Source of the DNA: Escherichia phage NJ01 | Sequence record: NC_018835.1 | DNA length: 64,000 nt | Reading direction: 5' to 3' (one strand) | Part shown: positions 40,697 to 49,702 of the stretch, one piece after another | Layout of the letters: every line of letters begins with the position of its first letter | How positions within the stretch are numbered: the stretch's first letter is position 1 | Translations under genes and position numbers: made by a program | The notes under the pieces: generated by a model | Database searches by the model: none | What the model was told of the DNA's origin: nothing | The model's input: only the letters and a program-made list of their open reading frames with translations

Positions 40697-40944
40697 AATG
40701 CATCTCTTTATAAATGGTTTCCGTGTTCTTCTTCCAGCTAGATAAACCGGTAAGAACTCTCTGAGCAACTTCATCAGCTGCCTTACTTCTTTCAATCTCT
40801 AACTCTTGTTGATGTTTCTCTTTGTCTAGATTACTGCTGTCTGTTTGATATTCGTTAAACTTCATACCACCAAAGAATACAAGAGCTGAGAAAACGATAA
40901 ACCCTAAGTTATCACTTAACGTGTTTTGCATGTTGTCTCCAACG

Positions 40945-40966
40945 AAAAAAGCCACCCGAAGGTGGC
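40945..40966 (-). terminator. rho-independent terminator (minus strand)
   Basis: Minus strand GCCACC-TTCG-GGTGGC followed by TTTTTT. Confidence 0.5.
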
Positions 40967-40988
40967 TAAGCTATAACAAGGAGAGTTA

Positions 40989-41735
40989 TTAGAATGGGCT
41001 ATCGTTGTCGTCTTCGTAAGTAGAAGCAGGCTCTCTATCAATCGTAGGGATTGAAGGAGTAGCTTCTTTCTGTTCTGTCTCAGAAGCACGAGTAATTTCA
41101 CGACCAGCCAGAGGCATGTTCTTAGCGTCATTAGCTTGAGTAAGCAGGTTGCGCTGGAACGGGAACATCAGTTGATAGGATGCTACGTTCTCATCGGTTT
41201 CAGCATACGGTTCGAAGAATACCAGAGGACTACGAGCTTCACCAACTGCTGCACGATATTTGGTTGGGATTGGAGAAATGGTTTTGATGGAGTTTTTAAC
41301 TTCACCAGCTTTATTAGTGTAAGAGTTAACCAGAATGTTGACAGGCTGACCTAACAGTACATCCTTAAACCAAGACAGATCACCTTTCAGTGCTTGAATG
41401 CTTGGGTCAATCATCTTGCAGAGATCAAGGATACCAGAGTTCTTAGCTCGTGGGTTTACATCATAGCTCTTGAACTGGCAAGCAGGACGTGGTTCTAATG
41501 CCTTACCATCGGAATCTTTACCAGTAGCATCAACACCAATCAGCTCGAAAGCCAAATCCATACGGAAAGCTGGATTCTTAGGAGTTACTGCTTTGGTCTT
41601 CGGGTCAATCCAAGGGTCACGATTGTGAACACCCAAACCTACTACACGAACAATACGTGCTTCGTACTCGCCATCAGGGATAATGTCGTAGTTGGATTTA
41701 CGAGAAGAAGTTGCGATAGTTGGAATCATAGACAT
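40989..41735 (-). CDS. putative single-stranded DNA-binding protein
   Basis: Acidic C-terminal tail ending EDDNDSPF (SSB/gp2.5-like tail with terminal Phe); first gene after large intergenic region. Confidence 0.45.
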   Translation of the reverse strand: MSMIPTIATSSRKSNYDIIPDGEYEARIVRVVGLGVHNRDPWIDPKTKAVTPKNPAFRMDLAFELIGVDATGKDSDGKALEPRPACQFKSYDVNPRAKNSGILDLCKMIDPSIQALKGDLSWFKDVLLGQPVNILVNSYTNKAGEVKNSIKTISPIPTKYRAAVGEARSPLVFFEPYAETDENVASYQLMFPFQRNLLTQANDAKNMPLAGREITRASETEQKEATPSIPTIDREPASTYEDDNDSPF

Positions 41736-41794
41736 ATTTTAATTTCCTTATTTAATTTGAAAGATTGTTGCTCTCTTTGAGCGGTTATGTATAA

Positions 41795-41803
41795 TATACA
41801 TTA
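41795..41803 (-). promoter_or_regulatory. TAATGTATA promoter-like element (minus strand)
   Basis: + strand TATACATTA; 59 nt upstream of SSB-like start; overlaps a TATAAT hexamer. Confidence 0.4.
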
Positions 41804-41866
41804 CGCTTATACCGATAAGAGTGCTATATAATATAAGTATCTTTGGTAGTAGATATAACACATTAG

Positions 41867-41875
41867 TAATGTATA
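41867..41875 (+). promoter_or_regulatory. TAATGTATA element on + strand, divergent from 41795-41803
   Basis: Exact TAATGTATA; no + strand ORF downstream. Confidence 0.3.
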
Positions 41876-41971
41876 TATTGTATAGCTGATAAAGTTATTG
41901 CAGGCTTGTATATTGGGCAATTCACAGAATCCCTTGCAAGTACCGAAGGGCAGGAGCCACCTGCGAGATAA

Positions 41972-42037
41972 AAATAGAGAATTAAGGAATCCTTGATTTA
42001 GGTTGTAGGGACTCCTAGGGACTTTGATTCTCTATTT
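41972..42037. repeat. 11-bp perfect inverted repeat AAATAGAGAAT / ATTCTCTATTT with 44-nt spacer
   Basis: Arms 41972-41982 and 42027-42037; spacer has secondary near-palindrome GGAATCC. Confidence 0.55.
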
Positions 42038-42151
42038 AAAAGAATATTAATTACTTACTACCTAAATAATTAACTAACTTACTTAAACCAAATTCAAGAA
42101 TAATAGATAAAAAGATTATTCCTAAGAAAGCTAAAAAGTAAAGTATATAAG

Positions 42152-42316
42152 TTACCATTCAAGTAAACCTTTAAAGTTAGATTGTTCTACTATTCGCTGA
42201 TAACGAAGATTAGAATCAGCTTGTTTCTTTAACATCTCATTATATTGGTCTCTGATAGAGTCTTTATAAACTACAGGTTCTTTAAATAATGAGATCTTGT
42301 TCTTTTCTTCTTTCAT
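42152..42316 (-). CDS. hypothetical small protein (start uncertain)
   Basis: Track ORF 42152..42400 overlaps phosphoesterase; internal Met used. Confidence 0.3.
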   Translation of the reverse strand: MKEEKNKISLFKEPVVYKDSIRDQYNEMLKKQADSNLRYQRIVEQSNFKGLLEW

Positions 42317-42785
42317 CGAAAACCTTCCTAATCTCTTGCAGAGAAACAGCTTTATAGTTAATTTGCTCCATTGATGTACAGAAATATCTCCAATCATCAA
42401 TTACATGATTATGTGTATGAGCATAAATATTAAACTTCCCTCTCATTTCATCAGTGTGAATAGGAATGTGAGTTATCCAAAACTCTTTATACTTATAATC
42501 ACCAGAGATTCTACGAAAGACTTTCATCATATCAGGGAGAAGTTCTAACCTATCATGGTTTCCTAAGACCAGATGCTTCTCTCCTTTCACTTCAGCGATA
42601 ATATCAAGGGCATACTTTTCAAATACCCAATCACCAGTAAAGAAGATTTTATCACGTTTGGTTACGTGGTCAAAAGCAGCCAGAATTGCTTTGTCATGTT
42701 CTTCGATGTTTTTAAATTGCTTACGAAAACTACAGATGTTGCGATGGCCTAAGTGACCATCTCCTGCAAAATAAACTTCAGCCAT
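42282..42785 (-). CDS. metallophosphoesterase (calcineurin-like phosphatase)
   Basis: GDGHLG, TGDWV, LGNHD, HTHNH motifs. Confidence 0.65.
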   Translation of the reverse strand: MAEVYFAGDGHLGHRNICSFRKQFKNIEEHDKAILAAFDHVTKRDKIFFTGDWVFEKYALDIIAEVKGEKHLVLGNHDRLELLPDMMKVFRRISGDYKYKEFWITHIPIHTDEMRGKFNIYAHTHNHVIDDWRYFCTSMEQINYKAVSLQEIRKVFDERRKEQDLII

Positions 42786-42794
42786 AAAGACCTC

Positions 42795-43277
42795 TTAAAT
42801 AGTTAATTTGTGATCTTCCTCCGCTCTGTTTCTAACAGAGACGGCTTCCTCTAGGGTTGAGAAAGTTCCTAGGTATTTAGTTTTACCCTTAATGTGGATA
42901 TTGGCTATGTACTTCCCTCTTGAATTGAGGTATACACCCTTAGCCCCTGATGTGTTGTTAGAGTTCAAACCCTTGTTCCAAGAGTTATTCTCGTTGTTAA
43001 CTTCTCTAAGGTTGCCTATGGAATCATTGGAAGGGTTTCGATCAATGTGATCTATTTGATCTTTAGGTAAAACGCCATTAGCAAAATACCAAATAACGTG
43101 GTATCTGTAAATGGCTCTTCCTTTCAATCGAATAAGCACTCTTCCATCCTTTTTTAAAGTTCCTGCCTCATCACCCCGCCTGCATTTTGTTCCGTTGTGA
43201 ATTCTCCAGAACACTTTCCCAGATGATAAATCACAAACAAAGAACTCATCCAGAAGATCTTCTATCATATCATGCAA
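42795..43277 (-). CDS. HNH homing endonuclease with AP2-type DNA-binding domain
   Basis: IDHIDRNPSNDSIGNLREV (HNH) plus GVYLNSRGKYIANIHIKGKTKYLGTFSTLEEA (AP2-like). Confidence 0.6.
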   Translation of the reverse strand: MHDMIEDLLDEFFVCDLSSGKVFWRIHNGTKCRRGDEAGTLKKDGRVLIRLKGRAIYRYHVIWYFANGVLPKDQIDHIDRNPSNDSIGNLREVNNENNSWNKGLNSNNTSGAKGVYLNSRGKYIANIHIKGKTKYLGTFSTLEEAVSVRNRAEEDHKLTI

Positions 43278-43486
43278 CCATCACAAGTAAGGTCTCCAAG
43301 AAGGGACAGTGATAACAAACGAGACTGCTCATCACTATACAGTTGATCAATCTCTTCTTTAAGTTTTGCCAATTCCATAAAGTTAATAAGCTGTCCATGT
43401 TCGAGACAGTCTGTTTTCAATACGAATAAAACATCAGCGTCTGTTGAATCTTCACTTGAATATTTATCAATGTATTCCATTTTCAC
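43265..43486 (-). CDS. hypothetical protein
   Basis: ORF track. Confidence 0.3.
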   Translation of the reverse strand: MKMEYIDKYSSEDSTDADVLFVLKTDCLEHGQLINFMELAKLKEEIDQLYSDEQSRLLSLSLLGDLTCDGCMI

Positions 43487-43635
43487 CCCTATCTATTATG
43501 ACCAAGACTTAGCTGTTACTTCAACATACGTTTTAACTTCACCTTTCAACACCTCCTGAGAAGCGTTTGCACTCTCTTCAGAGTGATGTACAACGGTGAT
43601 CTCTTTCTTTCCAATCTTATAAGTGTGAATCCAAA

Positions 43636-43854
43636 TCATGATACTTCCTTAATATCAATTAGTTCATAGCTACATCCTGCATCTTTGCAAGATTGCTCCA
43701 ATTTCTGTGTTGCCTCTATTGGGTTTTCGCCATCAACTACCTCTTTTTTACAAGAGGCTACTACGTTATAGGCATCAGTCCAAAATCTACTTTTATACTC
43801 AATTAGATAATATTTCATCGAGATGTTGTCCTCCCCCAATCTTTTACGTAGCAT
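43636..43854 (-). CDS. hypothetical protein
   Basis: ORF track. Confidence 0.3.
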   Translation of the reverse strand: MLRKRLGEDNISMKYYLIEYKSRFWTDAYNVVASCKKEVVDGENPIEATQKLEQSCKDAGCSYELIDIKEVS

Positions 43855-43990
43855 CGACCGTTAACCCACTTTGTCTCTGATTTAAACTCTTGAGACAGCC
43901 TCACTTCACAGTCTTCTCTACTGGCATCCCCTCCGATATCAATCAGATACAGGAATAGAGCTATACCTAAAGTCCAAAGGATTATCTTCT

Positions 43991-44389
43991 TCATCGAATC
44001 ACCAGAGGCTCTTCAGAGTACACAGGAGCGGCTATTTCTACAGGAGGTGCTGCCCTAAGGTCATTAAGTCTTACACCCTTCAGCATCCCGTCTAGGTGAT
44101 CTTTCTTAGGGATTCCAACAGGGAAGTCGTCAATCCAAATATCTACAAAGAAACCTAGCTGACGACATACATCATCCTTCTGAACACCATTGCAAAAGAT
44201 GATAGGAATCTGCAAACACTCTGCATCAATCTTAATGTCGTGATTATCGTACCCATTAGGCTCTGCAAAGCGATAAGTTACAAAACGTACATCATAACCT
44301 TTGGCTTGCATTAATGCCACCACAGAGCGCCACAGCTTCTTATCTGAGGTGTAAGTATCATCGTAATCTAAACCAATATTCATATCCAA
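43991..44389 (-). CDS. HAD-like phosphatase / 5'(3')-deoxyribonucleotidase-like
   Basis: N-terminal GLDYDDT (DxDxT) and C-terminal WIDDFP. Confidence 0.4.
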   Translation of the reverse strand: MDMNIGLDYDDTYTSDKKLWRSVVALMQAKGYDVRFVTYRFAEPNGYDNHDIKIDAECLQIPIIFCNGVQKDDVCRQLGFFVDIWIDDFPVGIPKKDHLDGMLKGVRLNDLRAAPPVEIAAPVYSEEPLVIR

Positions 44390-44401
44390 ATCCTTTAGAC
44401 A

Positions 44402-44423
44402 AGAAAAGCCGCCCTAAGGCAGC
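44402..44423 (-). terminator. rho-independent terminator (minus strand)
   Basis: Minus strand GCTGCC-TTAG-GGCGGC (one G-U) followed by TTTTCTT. Confidence 0.4.
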
Positions 44424-44430
44424 TCTTTAT

Positions 44431-44607
44431 TTAGTCGGTCACTTTAGCTTCAAGTGCTTCATTTTCGATACTCAAGTCAATCACTACACCAGTAAGCTCA
44501 ACAACTGCTTGGCGAAGGGCATCTTTACCCATAGAGTGTACTTGAGTTAGGAAGAAAGCTTTACCTTCTTCGGTGGACAGGGTTTCTTTTAATTCAGAAG
44601 CAGTCAT
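44431..44607 (-). CDS. small protein (58 aa), below ORF-track size cutoff
   Basis: ATG at 44607 with AAGGAA RBS; translation MTASELKETLSTEEGKAFFLTQVHSMGKDALRQAVVELTGVVIDLSIENEALEAKVTD; terminator follows. Confidence 0.35.
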   Translation of the reverse strand: MTASELKETLSTEEGKAFFLTQVHSMGKDALRQAVVELTGVVIDLSIENEALEAKVTD

Positions 44608-44616
44608 TGATATTCC

Positions 44617-44811
44617 TTATGTTATGTTATAAATTCGCATGATTGTACCGCCATTGGCTTCAATAGCAGCAACCATTTGGTTTCGTTCTTCATCTGTGTA
44701 AACTAACACACTTCTAAACTCACCAGTTGCATCAGTATAAAGGATGTTGTATTTCGGAGGCGGCTTACGGTAGATACCTTCCATCATTCTTTCTCCTCTC
44801 GTTCTTTCCAC
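44617..44811 (-). CDS. hypothetical protein
   Basis: ORF track. Confidence 0.35.
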   Translation of the reverse strand: MERTRGERMMEGIYRKPPPKYNILYTDATGEFRSVLVYTDEERNQMVAAIEANGGTIMRIYNIT

Positions 44812-44967
44812 AGTTCAGCAAGTTCTAAATAAAACTCAGCTTCATCAGGACGTCCTTGTTCATTACAGATGGCGCTCTGACGATAACACCAATCCGATGG
44901 CATCTCTTCCACTTCAATCTCCTTGTTACGAACCAATCAATAAGAATAGTTCATTCGTCTTATTTAT

Positions 44968-45159
44968 TCACTCTACCAATGCAGGTACTTCTATCCTTTT
45001 AACTGTGAATGTCTTGTTTGGAAACTTTCGAACTAGCTCTGCTGCTTTGGTTATTGCTAAGTTCTCTGTCTCAAAGATACACAGTTGACCATTTAATGCT
45101 ACGAGAGTGGAGCCACCGCTGAAGACGGCCCAAGATTCATAATAACCTTTAACACTCAT
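44968..45159 (-). CDS. hypothetical protein
   Basis: ORF track. Confidence 0.35.
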   Translation of the reverse strand: MSVKGYYESWAVFSGGSTLVALNGQLCIFETENLAITKAAELVRKFPNKTFTVKRIEVPALVE

Positions 45160-45167
45160 ATTTTACC

Positions 45168-47012
45168 TTAGTGTGTATGCATCCAGTTAAGTCCAATCTG
45201 ACAATCAGATGCCAGAGGACATTCCATGTTCAAATACTCACCAGCTTTCTTAACGCAAAGCTCAGTGTGCTCTTTGAGTTTCTGTACATCATTACGATTC
45301 ACTGAGAACTGGCCCTCATCGTGCATGTCAATTACCTTCGCACAGCGAACTCCATCTTTCTCAATCCACTTGTTAAGGAACATCATAGCATATTTCATAA
45401 CAACAGCACCAGCGCATTGCAGGAGTGTGTTAAGAGCTTTATGAACCATAACCTTACCAGTGGCATCTCGTCTCATTGTAATCTTACGACCATCAACACC
45501 AATCAAGTATCCTTGAGCAGCTTTCTCTGTCATACGATCAATGAGGATTGCAATACATGGGTTCTCTGCCAAGAATCGTGCTCGCATCACTGAACCTTCG
45601 TCAGCCCCACCACCTACAATTGAACCGAGCTTAGCGTCACCAGCACCATAGTTGAATGCGTAGATAAACGTCTTAGCGTTGTCACGAGTAGGAAGACCAG
45701 CAAGTTTCTGGTTGTGGGAGTGAATATCACCTTCAAGGAGGATATCACGATACATAATAGCAGAAGCTAAACCACGCTCTGCCAGAGCTTTCTTAGCTGG
45801 ATTGTTCTCTTCAATTGCTTCAGCAAGCATATCCCTACACTCTTTAATGAGGTAGTGTGCAAGCATACGCAATTCTAATCCAGAACCATCATACCCTAAG
45901 AATACTTCTTTACCAGCGGGTATGTAATATTTGTAAGCACCTACAGGTTTATCTTTCTTCCCCGGCTTACCTTTCTCGTAAATTACGTTAGTACCTTTTC
46001 GTATATAACAACCATCAGGAACAACGTTAGTAATAACGAAAGGACGAGAGTGATCACCATCTGAGTTACAGTCAGACTCAAACAAACCGCGACACTCATG
46101 ACCAAACAAACCACGGGAGGGAATATTAACCACGATACGATGTTTGAATCGAAAAGTCGGCGTAGCACAGCTGTTAGCTTCTGCCGAAAGTTTACCATCT
46201 TCGCGTTCCTTTGCTATGAGTCCACTGATAAGACCTAGCCTGTGAGCCGCTACAACGCGTCTCTTAAGCAAACTTCCGACACTCCCTAGCTCACCCCCTA
46301 ACCCTTCTTCAAGAGTCTCCTCGAGGTTTGTAGGAGCTGTAGGCCACTTGTTTGAGGTAGCTAGTGCTATCTTAATCTCATCAAAAGTGATAGGTCTACG
46401 TCGGTTAGGATTTAAACCTAAACCAAATACATAAGCCTTCATGTAGTTCTTAGTTTTAAACCTAAAATGCTTCTCTAAGAACTTCCTAATATCAGCGTCA
46501 ACCATCTCGGCTGTCTGCTTCTGTTTAGCATTACCTCTCATCCAAGCTGAATACCACGCTTGGTATGTTCCATACTTTCGCATATCTTTCTTGATTTCAA
46601 AAGTATTCCAAGGTTTCTTTGATACGTTAAACTCTGGAGGAAGAAAACCCTCATCCATAAGGGCTTCTTTAACTCGTGCATCTTTCGATGGGTCAAAGTC
46701 CACGTATTCAACACAGGTGAATGCTCCACCAATGTCTTCTCTCTTAAGACCAACTCTATCACAATAGGCTTGAGGCCACTTCTGTAAAGCTCCAGACTTC
46801 TTAAATGGCTTCATATAAGTAGAGCCATCTAATCTCATCTTAGGTAAGAGAGGAATCAGTTCTTTGTCAATATTAACAATAATCTCTTTAAGGAGGTGAA
46901 CATACCACCGAGCATTTCTTCGGTTGAAACTCACTCCGTGCTTCGCTTGCTTAGAGATTATATCAGCGACAGTCATCTCTGTCAAAAATGGGAGAGCGTC
47001 CGGGTTGCTCAC
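45168..47012 (-). CDS. DNA polymerase, family A (T7 gp5-like), polymerase domain only
   Basis: Motif A YDGSGLELRMLAHY, motif B RDNAKTFIYAFNYGAG, motif C VIDMHDEGQF; no exonuclease motifs in this ORF. Confidence 0.85.
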   Translation of the reverse strand: MSNPDALPFLTEMTVADIISKQAKHGVSFNRRNARWYVHLLKEIIVNIDKELIPLLPKMRLDGSTYMKPFKKSGALQKWPQAYCDRVGLKREDIGGAFTCVEYVDFDPSKDARVKEALMDEGFLPPEFNVSKKPWNTFEIKKDMRKYGTYQAWYSAWMRGNAKQKQTAEMVDADIRKFLEKHFRFKTKNYMKAYVFGLGLNPNRRRPITFDEIKIALATSNKWPTAPTNLEETLEEGLGGELGSVGSLLKRRVVAAHRLGLISGLIAKEREDGKLSAEANSCATPTFRFKHRIVVNIPSRGLFGHECRGLFESDCNSDGDHSRPFVITNVVPDGCYIRKGTNVIYEKGKPGKKDKPVGAYKYYIPAGKEVFLGYDGSGLELRMLAHYLIKECRDMLAEAIEENNPAKKALAERGLASAIMYRDILLEGDIHSHNQKLAGLPTRDNAKTFIYAFNYGAGDAKLGSIVGGGADEGSVMRARFLAENPCIAILIDRMTEKAAQGYLIGVDGRKITMRRDATGKVMVHKALNTLLQCAGAVVMKYAMMFLNKWIEKDGVRCAKVIDMHDEGQFSVNRNDVQKLKEHTELCVKKAGEYLNMECPLASDCQIGLNWMHTH

Positions 47013-47028
47013 TTTATACTCCTTTAAA

Positions 47029-47451
47029 TTATTGGTAAATCAAATCCGTAAATGCTTGATTGTCTTCTATCACATCTAACACGGTAGCTTCATAACTGTA
47101 AGCCCTAACCGCCCCGTTAACAACTATCCGAGGAGTAGGTGGAGGTGGTGCATGGTTAGCCCTAGCTTCACGAGGTTGCTCTCGTACTAGATGAGCCACA
47201 ACCCTTTGGTTGGCGACCTCTTCTCTTTCTCGGATAGCTCTCTGGATGTAAGCCAACTTCATACCCCAAGCTTCTTCAAACTCTTGAGGGTGCTTATCAC
47301 TGATAACCACATACTGACGTTCAGGGATACCAGAGCGAATCTCTGATAATAGCTCATGGAACAAATCCAGTTCATGTTCAGTGAGATTCATTTCGATATC
47401 ATCCCACTTGAGAACTAAGAAACGGTTTTGGTGTCTAGCTGGTAATGGCAT
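47029..47451 (-). CDS. hypothetical protein (140 aa)
   Basis: ORF track. Confidence 0.4.
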   Translation of the reverse strand: MPLPARHQNRFLVLKWDDIEMNLTEHELDLFHELLSEIRSGIPERQYVVISDKHPQEFEEAWGMKLAYIQRAIREREEVANQRVVAHLVREQPREARANHAPPPPTPRIVVNGAVRAYSYEATVLDVIEDNQAFTDLIYQ

Positions 47452-47614
47452 TCTACTCCACCTCTACTCTAACGTAAGTTCTCTCGCCAACATCATCTTT
47501 CCAGACCCATGCCTTGGCATCTTCTTCAGACTTAAAAGCTTTCACAACGCTGTATCCACCTTCCCATTCATCACCGAACCAGCGCTGTCCTACGTAAACA
47601 TATTCTTTCATTAT

Positions 47615-47890
47615 TTAACCTTTTGGGAATGGCATTAAAGATTCCATAGCAGATTTAATTTCGCTATTGATTCGAGCATCTCGATAAGAGATAAACTTAC
47701 CTTTGCTATCTCGTAACATCACATGGGTTCTAGCTGTTACGTGGGGAAGTAATGTAATACTAGTTGGGATAGTGTCAATCCCTACAGAAAATTTGTCAAT
47801 AGTCTTGCTTTCACTTAACAGATAAGACCAAGTTTGCTTCGGATGGTTAGGGTATGTGTCTCGAATTTGAACCATAGCTAACTTATTCAT
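47615..47890 (-). CDS. small protein, member of tandem paralog pair
   Basis: Shares GKFISY...E...PFPKG with next gene. Confidence 0.45.
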   Translation of the reverse strand: MNKLAMVQIRDTYPNHPKQTWSYLLSESKTIDKFSVGIDTIPTSITLLPHVTARTHVMLRDSKGKFISYRDARINSEIKSAMESLMPFPKG

Positions 47891-47891
47891 A

Positions 47892-48143
47892 TTAAACTCC
47901 TTTAGGGAATGGGATGAGGTTTTCTACTGCAACACGGAACTCTTTCTCTACGTTTTTATTCTTATAAGAAATGAATTTACCATCAGCCCCACGGAGGATT
48001 ACGTTAGTACGAGCTGTTTTTGGGTTATGACCAATCTGGTTTGCAATAATATTAGCAATGCCGTGGTTATTGGTAAATTTCCATTTAACCATACGATTGT
48101 TAGACATTACATCAATGATATTTACAGATTTTACAATAGACAT
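47892..48143 (-). CDS. small protein, member of tandem paralog pair
   Basis: LRGADGKFISYKNKNVEKEFRVAVENLIPFPKGV vs LRDSKGKFISYRDARINSEIKSAMESLMPFPKG. Confidence 0.45.
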   Translation of the reverse strand: MSIVKSVNIIDVMSNNRMVKWKFTNNHGIANIIANQIGHNPKTARTNVILRGADGKFISYKNKNVEKEFRVAVENLIPFPKGV

Positions 48144-48177
48144 ATTTATTACCTAAGAAGTTTAATTTGGTTTATAT

Positions 48178-48206
48178 AAAAGAAAAGGCCACCCATTTGG
48201 GTAGCC
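48178..48206 (-). terminator. rho-independent terminator (minus strand)
   Basis: Minus strand GGCTACCC-AAAT-GGGTGGCC followed by TTTTCTTTT. Confidence 0.45.
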
Positions 48207-48211
48207 TTATA

Positions 48212-48529
48212 TTACGATGAGCTTAAAGCTCCTTTTCGTGCTCCAGCCGCTTTTCCAGCTCGATCACCACTTTTGCCGCCGTTTGAACGGTTTGAGCTGA
48301 CTGATTCAACACGTAAGTTGCTTGACGCATTAGAGCCTCCAGACTTGACAGCTCGTTTGTGTCCAACATCTTTACCTCTGACAGCAGCTTTTCCATCGCG
48401 CTTTTCAACGATGCGACGTGCACGGTGGCGCTGAGCATCTCCGCTCTTGCTACCAATTCCCGTTTCACCACGGGCAATTGCGGTACGTCTTTCTTGTGCA
48501 TAATCTCTCTTTCCTACATGGTCTGCCAT
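48212..48529 (-). CDS. basic low-complexity protein (105 aa)
   Basis: ATG at 48529 with AAGGAG RBS at 6-nt spacing; TAATGTATA element 37 nt upstream. Confidence 0.45.
   Translation of the reverse strand: MADHVGKRDYAQERRTAIARGETGIGSKSGDAQRHRARRIVEKRDGKAAVRGKDVGHKRAVKSGGSNASSNLRVESVSSNRSNGGKSGDRAGKAAGARKGALSSS
48223..48501 (-). CDS. alternative-frame ORF (92 aa, helical) fully inside 48212..48529
   Basis: Own ATG with AGGAAAG upstream; which frame is expressed is unresolved. Confidence 0.3.
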   Translation of the reverse strand: MHKKDVPQLPVVKRELVARAEMLSATVHVASLKSAMEKLLSEVKMLDTNELSSLEALMRQATYVLNQSAQTVQTAAKVVIELEKRLEHEKEL

Positions 48530-48565
48530 TTAGAACTCCTTAATATATCAGTATACACTAAGGAG

Positions 48566-48574
48566 TATACATTA
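48566..48574 (-). promoter_or_regulatory. TAATGTATA promoter-like element (minus strand)
   Basis: + strand TATACATTA between PhoH stop and next gene start. Confidence 0.45.
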
Positions 48575-48585
48575 TAAGTTACTGT

Positions 48586-49323
48586 TTAAGCTTTCTTTTC
48601 CATTGCTTTAACAATCGCCTTACAGAAACCAGAACGAACAATGTCATCTGATTCCCCATCTACTATCTCAGCGAACTCATACAGATCATGTTCATCAATA
48701 AAGTTAGTAGCCCAAGTAAGACCACTCTCACGACCACGCATATCATGCTGGTTAGTATCACCCATGCAGAACAGCTGAGAGGTCTCTCCCAATCGAGTCA
48801 TGATTGAGAAGGCTTCATCTTTAGTGGTGTTCTGGAACTCATCTACGATAACAATAGCATCATTGAAAGAACGACCACGGAGATACTCCAGAGGTACGAA
48901 CTCAATATTACTGTTACCGAGCTGGCATTCATAGAACCCTTTACCATATCGCTGAGTAATAACATCAATGATAGGCATCAAATATGGTTCAAACTTCTCA
49001 CGCATCCCTCCCGGAAGCAACCCAAGAGAATTACCCATGCCGACCGAAGGGCGACTCAAGATAATCTTCTGAATCTTACCACTCTTCAGTGCATCGATAA
49101 CCGTGGAAGTGATTACAAAGGTCTTACCACAGCCCGCAGGAGCGTCTGTGAACACAACTTGTTTAGTCTTGATAGCATTGAGCAGTTCAGACTGGAACTG
49201 GTTCTGAGGGACTACAGGCTTTGCTAAAACCACCTCTTCAAACTCGCGCTTACCCTTACGAGTGACAAGTGCTTCCCGACGAAGGTCTTTCCGTGATTCT
49301 TTCCGTGATTGACGACGACTCAT
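48586..49323 (-). CDS. phoH: PhoH-like ATPase
   Basis: Walker A TDAPAGCGKTFV, Walker B-like IVIVDEFQN. Confidence 0.75.
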   Translation of the reverse strand: MSRRQSRKESRKDLRREALVTRKGKREFEEVVLAKPVVPQNQFQSELLNAIKTKQVVFTDAPAGCGKTFVITSTVIDALKSGKIQKIILSRPSVGMGNSLGLLPGGMREKFEPYLMPIIDVITQRYGKGFYECQLGNSNIEFVPLEYLRGRSFNDAIVIVDEFQNTTKDEAFSIMTRLGETSQLFCMGDTNQHDMRGRESGLTWATNFIDEHDLYEFAEIVDGESDDIVRSGFCKAIVKAMEKKA

Positions 49324-49532
49324 TTACGCTCTCCAATTTCTTCGTAATGACATTCAGTAGTTAAACAATCTTTACAGATTGCTGTATAAACCCTGACGTT
49401 AGTAAATCGTTTGTTCTTCCCTTTGGTTGGAGAGCCTTTGGCAAGCTCTCTGATAACCTTGTTACTTAAATGAAGGTTTGTCCCTTCACATCTAGAGCAC
49501 TTCACCACAATGTCCATTCGGTAAGAGACCAC
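49320..49532 (-). CDS. zinc-ribbon protein (70 aa)
   Basis: CSRCEG...CKDCLTTEC paired CxxC. Confidence 0.4.
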   Translation of the reverse strand: MVSYRMDIVVKCSRCEGTNLHLSNKVIRELAKGSPTKGKNKRFTNVRVYTAICKDCLTTECHYEEIGERK

Positions 49533-49702
49533 AGAGAGTCACCTATGTGGGCATTGTCATTCCTGATGAGGTCTTTGATTTTATCAACATCAGTTAAGTG
49601 AGTCACATTCAAAATATCCTCAACATCTGGGGCATATTTAAATATGGCAACAATACTGTTGTGATCTTCAGCATATCTTTCTAGAACATAAACTACGCTC
49701 AT
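49502..49702 (-). CDS. hypothetical protein
   Basis: ORF track. Confidence 0.35.
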   Translation of the reverse strand: MSVVYVLERYAEDHNSIVAIFKYAPDVEDILNVTHLTDVDKIKDLIRNDNAHIGDSLWSLTEWTLW

